From Spirochaetales bacterium (GTDB taxonomy: Bacteria; Spirochaetota; Spirochaetia; DSM-27196; SLST01), in the NCBI GenBank assembly GCA_019038705.1, contig JAHOYX010000186.1, positions 1 to 37,266 on the forward strand: DNA of 37,266 bases, read 5' to 3'. The notes beneath the pieces were generated by a model. The model made no database searches. It had not been told where the DNA came from and was given only the letters and a program-made list of their open reading frames with translations. The position numbers and the translations under genes were made by a program. This document shows, piece by piece, positions 33,895 through 37,266 of the stretch (position 1 is its first letter; the number at the start of each line of letters is the position of its first letter).

Positions 33895-36800
33895 ATGCGG
33901 GTTCACGTCACCTCCGGGGCCGGCATCATTGACGGCCGGCAGATTGCAGTCGCCGACAGCGTGCGGTCAGCCGGACATTCAATCCGCGGTGCGTCGATTG
34001 TGGACGTCTACATCGTGGATGGGGCGCCGGATCTTTCCGAGGAAGCAGCGGAGCGGTTCTTCAGCGATCAGGTTGCGCAGCAGGTGGTGGTCTCAGACGG
34101 ACCGTTCTACGGACAGCCATGGTCGGTGCTCATCGAGGTGGCCTGCCGTCCCGGCGTGGCCGACCCCGTGGCGTCCACCATCCGCGACTCGCTCTCGACG
34201 GAGTTTGGCACCCTCCCTGAGATGGCGGTGGTGCAGACGGCGCGACAGATCCTGCTGGACCTGGGCGGGGCACCATCCGAGACGCGACCGGCTGCCGCCG
34301 CACGCGATATCGCACTTCTCTTCCACAATCCGCTGATCCAGCAGGCAACCGTGATCAGTCGCCCGGAGTGGGATGCCGGGGTGCGCCCTCCCGAGCGTTA
34401 TCCCGTCATCGCGGGCCATTCGATTCCGCCGGTGGAGCGGATTGATGTGGCGCAATTGAGCGACGACGATCTCGAGGCCCTTTCGAGGGAGCGCCTTCTG
34501 GCGCTTGATCTCCGGGAAATGCGGGCGATCCGCGACTATTACGGCGATCCCGAGGTTCGTGCCGGGCGGGAGGTTGCCACCCTCGGCCCCGCTGCAACCG
34601 ATGTTGAGCTGGAGATGATCGCCCAGACCTGGAGCGAGCACTGCAAACACAAGATCTTCGCAGCCCGCATCACCTACACCGAAGAAGGCCGGCAACCGGA
34701 GGTGATCGACAGCCTGTTCAAGACCTACATCCGTGACACGACCAGTCGAGTCGCGCCTGATCACTCCTTCGTGAAGAGCGTGTTTGACGACAACGCAGGC
34801 GTGGTCGCCTTTGATGACGAGACATTGCTCTGTTTCAAAGCGGAGACGCACAACAGCCCTTCCGCCCTTGATCCCTACGGAGGTGCGATAACCGGTATTG
34901 TCGGTGTGAATCGTGACATCCTCGGGACCGGAAAGGGCGCTCGTCCGATCTTCAACACCGATGTGCTCTGCTTCGGGTATCCCGATACTCCGAGCGATGA
35001 ATTGCCCGATGGGCTTCTCCATCCACGTGTGGTTCTCGACGGTGTTCACCGGGGGATCGTCGACGGCGGCAATCAGAGCGGTATCCCGGTTGCGGCCGGG
35101 GCCTTCCTCTTTGACGACAGCTATGTCGGGAAGCCGCTGGTGTTCTGCGGCACAGGCGGGATCCTTCCCGCCTCAATCAATGGCGAACCGTCCTGGATCA
35201 AACACGTTCGGCCGGGAGATCTCGCCGTCATGATCGGTGGCCGAATCGGCAAGGACGGGATTCATGGTGCAACGTTCAGTTCGCTCGGACTGGATGAGAA
35301 CTCGCCAACGTCTGCCGTTCAGATTGGCGAACCCATCACCCAACGGAAGATGGCAGATTTTCTGCTGGAAGCGAGGGACGCCGGCCTGTACACAGGCATC
35401 ACGGACAACGGTGCGGGAGGTCTGTCCAGCTCGCTCGGTGAGATGGCCCGGGAGTCGGGCGGGATAGAAATCGATCTGGATGCCTGCCCCTTGAAGTACG
35501 GCGGGCTTGCTGCCTGGGAAATCCTTGTCTCCGAGAGCCAGGAGCGAATGAGCCTCGCCGTAGACCCGGCGACCGTCGATTGGCTTCTGGCCCTTGCCGC
35601 GCGCCGGGGAGTAGAGGCGACCGTCGTCGGGAGGTTCACCAAAGACCGACGGATCCGCCTGACTCACGAAGGCACCGTGGTTGGCGAGATCGATCTGGAC
35701 TTCCTTCACGAAGGGCTGCCGCAGATGGAGTTGCAGGCGACCTGGCCGGACCGCGACGCCCCCCGCGCGCCCATCGCCGGCGATCCGGCATCCCCCGATG
35801 CCGTCAAGAGCGCACTCCTCGCCCTCCTTGCCGACCCGAATATCGCCGGCAAGGAGCACCTGGTCAGACAGTACGACCACGAGGTGCAGGGTGGCTCGAT
35901 AGTGAAACCGATGTGCGGTCTTCATGCCGACGGACCAACCGACGGTGCGGTCCTGAAGCCCCGGTATGACTCGTGGCGAGGCATCACCGTCACTCACGGC
36001 ATCAACCCGCGCTACGGGGACGTGGACACCTACCACATGGCCGCGGCCTCGGTGGATGAGGCTGTCCGCGCGCATGTTGCCCTCGGCGGAGACCCGGAGC
36101 AGATGGCTGCGCTGGACAATTTCTGCTGGCCCGATCCGGTCCTCTCCGACTCCACCCCCGACGGCCCCTTCAAGCTCGCACAGCTTGTCCGTGCGTGCCG
36201 GGGTCTTGCCGATGCGTGCGTAGCGTACGGGCTGCCACTCATCTCCGGCAAGGATTCCATGAAGAACGACTCATACCTCGGTGGGCGCAAAGTTTCCATC
36301 CGACCAACCCTTCTCGTCAGCCTCATGGGCATCGTGCCGGACGTTCGCCGAGCCGTCACCTCAAACTTCAAGACCCCCGGTGATCGGGTTCTCCTGATTG
36401 GGACCGGGTTGCCGGCACTCGGAGGCTCCGCCTACGAGCGATACGTGGGGCACGAGCTCGGTGATTGCCCGCACACCAATCTCACAGCCAACCCCCGGCT
36501 CTACCGGGCAGTCCACACGGCCACGTCCGAGGGTCTGTTCACCTCCCTCCACGACGTCTCCGACGGCGGGCCTGCCGCCGCCCTGGCTGAGGCGGCCATC
36601 GGCGGTCGGCTGGGCGCACGGATCATCCTCCCCACCGACGCGACGACGGCGGCCGACGCCGTGACCGCGCTGTTCGGGGAACGCACCGGCACCTTCATCG
36701 CCACCTGTTCGCCCGAGGACCTCCACGCGGTGAAGGCAACCGACAGCCTTGTCATCGCTGATATCGGTGAGGTTACAGGGGAACTGCTGCTTCAGGTGAC

Positions 36801-37266
36801 GGCCGGGGGTACGGCCGGTGAGACGACGGTCACGTGGTCGCTCGATGAGCTGATCGGGGCGTGGCAGGGTTTGCGTACGATGCTCGGAGCCGATCCGCGA
36901 CGATCTGAAGCAGCGCAGCCCAAGGCGGCTCTGAAGGCGAAGCGAAGGGCCGACTCACCCGGGCAGGTTCCGGCCGGACAACCGCGACCGGGCAGGCCGA
37001 CCGCACTCCTCCTCACCGGATACGGCATCAATGCGAATCTCGAGTTGGCGGAGGCGTTCCGTGCCGCCGGGGCGAATGTACGGCAGATCCATCTCAACGA
37101 TCTCCTGGTGGAGCCGGGCCGGCTGGAGTCGGCGCGGATCTTTGCACTTCCCGGCGGATTCTCCTACGGCGATCATGTGGGGAGCGGGTTGATGCTGGCC
37201 CATCGTTTACGAGGACTGCAGACACCGTTGAATGCGTTTCGCGATTCGGGTGGACTGATTCTGGGC
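33895..37266 (+). CDS. purL: Phosphoribosylformylglycinamidine synthase, PurL fused to a PurQ glutaminase domain (truncated by window end)
   Basis: Not in the ORF track (no stop in window). Manual frame-1 translation: 'PGVADPV', 'NPLIQ', 'QTWSEHCKHKIF', 'KAETHNSP', 'TDNGAGG', 'SESQERM', 'QYDHEV', 'DNFCW', 'ISGKDS', 'HDVSDGG', then PurQ 'TGYGINAN...PGGFSYGDH'. Confidence 0.93.
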   Translation, partial: MRVHVTSGAGIIDGRQIAVADSVRSAGHSIRGASIVDVYIVDGAPDLSEEAAERFFSDQVAQQVVVSDGPFYGQPWSVLIEVACRPGVADPVASTIRDSLSTEFGTLPEMAVVQTARQILLDLGGAPSETRPAAAARDIALLFHNPLIQQATVISRPEWDAGVRPPERYPVIAGHSIPPVERIDVAQLSDDDLEALSRERLLALDLREMRAIRDYYGDPEVRAGREVATLGPAATDVELEMIAQTWSEHCKHKIFAARITYTEEGRQPEVIDSLFKTYIRDTTSRVAPDHSFVKSVFDDNAGVVAFDDETLLCFKAETHNSPSALDPYGGAITGIVGVNRDILGTGKGARPIFNTDVLCFGYPDTPSDELPDGLLHPRVVLDGVHRGIVDGGNQSGIPVAAGAFLFDDSYVGKPLVFCGTGGILPASINGEPSWIKHVRPGDLAVMIGGRIGKDGIHGATFSSLGLDENSPTSAVQIGEPITQRKMADFLLEARDAGLYTGITDNGAGGLSSSLGEMARESGGIEIDLDACPLKYGGLAAWEILVSESQERMSLAVDPATVDWLLALAARRGVEATVVGRFTKDRRIRLTHEGTVVGEIDLDFLHEGLPQMELQATWPDRDAPRAPIAGDPASPDAVKSALLALLADPNIAGKEHLVRQYDHEVQGGSIVKPMCGLHADGPTDGAVLKPRYDSWRGITVTHGINPRYGDVDTYHMAAASVDEAVRAHVALGGDPEQMAALDNFCWPDPVLSDSTPDGPFKLAQLVRACRGLADACVAYGLPLISGKDSMKNDSYLGGRKVSIRPTLLVSLMGIVPDVRRAVTSNFKTPGDRVLLIGTGLPALGGSAYERYVGHELGDCPHTNLTANPRLYRAVHTATSEGLFTSLHDVSDGGPAAALAEAAIGGRLGARIILPTDATTAADAVTALFGERTGTFIATCSPEDLHAVKATDSLVIADIGEVTGELLLQVTAGGTAGETTVTWSLDELIGAWQGLRTMLGADPRRSEAAQPKAALKAKRRADSPGQVPAGQPRPGRPTALLLTGYGINANLELAEAFRAAGANVRQIHLNDLLVEPGRLESARIFALPGGFSYGDHVGSGLMLAHRLRGLQTPLNAFRDSGGLILG

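Noticed and set aside
34093-36075. 318-aa and 300-aa minus-strand ORFs in an apparently gene-poor right end
   Set aside because: Antisense shadows of purL, which the track omits because its stop lies outside the window.
1-37266. CRISPR array, IS element, integrase, tRNA or rRNA
   Set aside because: No regularly spaced repeats, transposase or recombinase motifs, or RNA gene signatures were recognised by eye; a covariance-model scan was not possible.

Overview
Gene-dense bacterial chromosomal segment. The gene families (secreted FecR and CHASE2 cyclase cluster, lipoprotein signals) suggest an anaerobic spirochaete, but this is an inference. From left to right: (1) a toxin-antitoxin-rich patch with hicBA, a single-chain MNT-HEPN fusion and a broken HEPN-MNT relic that the ORF track misses; (2) a four-gene envelope operon (small secreted protein, predicted outer-membrane beta-barrel, secreted stand-alone FecR protein, lipoprotein) sharing overlapping divergent promoters with a 912-aa CHASE2 adenylate cyclase, which is the best candidate for an undescribed trans-envelope cAMP signalling system; (3) a NifX-like / two ferredoxin-MinD ATPase / NifX-like / DUF89 operon and a Na/Pi cotransporter; (4) an anaerobic redox block with etfBA and acyl-CoA dehydrogenase, and a Sporomusa-type (Stn-like) NuoE/NuoF/GltD-NuoG transhydrogenase, bracketed by an HTH-less REC-(AsnC)2 regulator, a cytoplasmic PAS histidine kinase and a catalytically dead NtrC-like protein; (5) housekeeping genes (GNAT, metallophosphoesterase, leaderless lysA, PTS IIA, and a PurL-PurQ fusion running off the right end). 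No rRNA, tRNA, CRISPR array or transposase was recognised. All calls come from motif reading; no searches were run.
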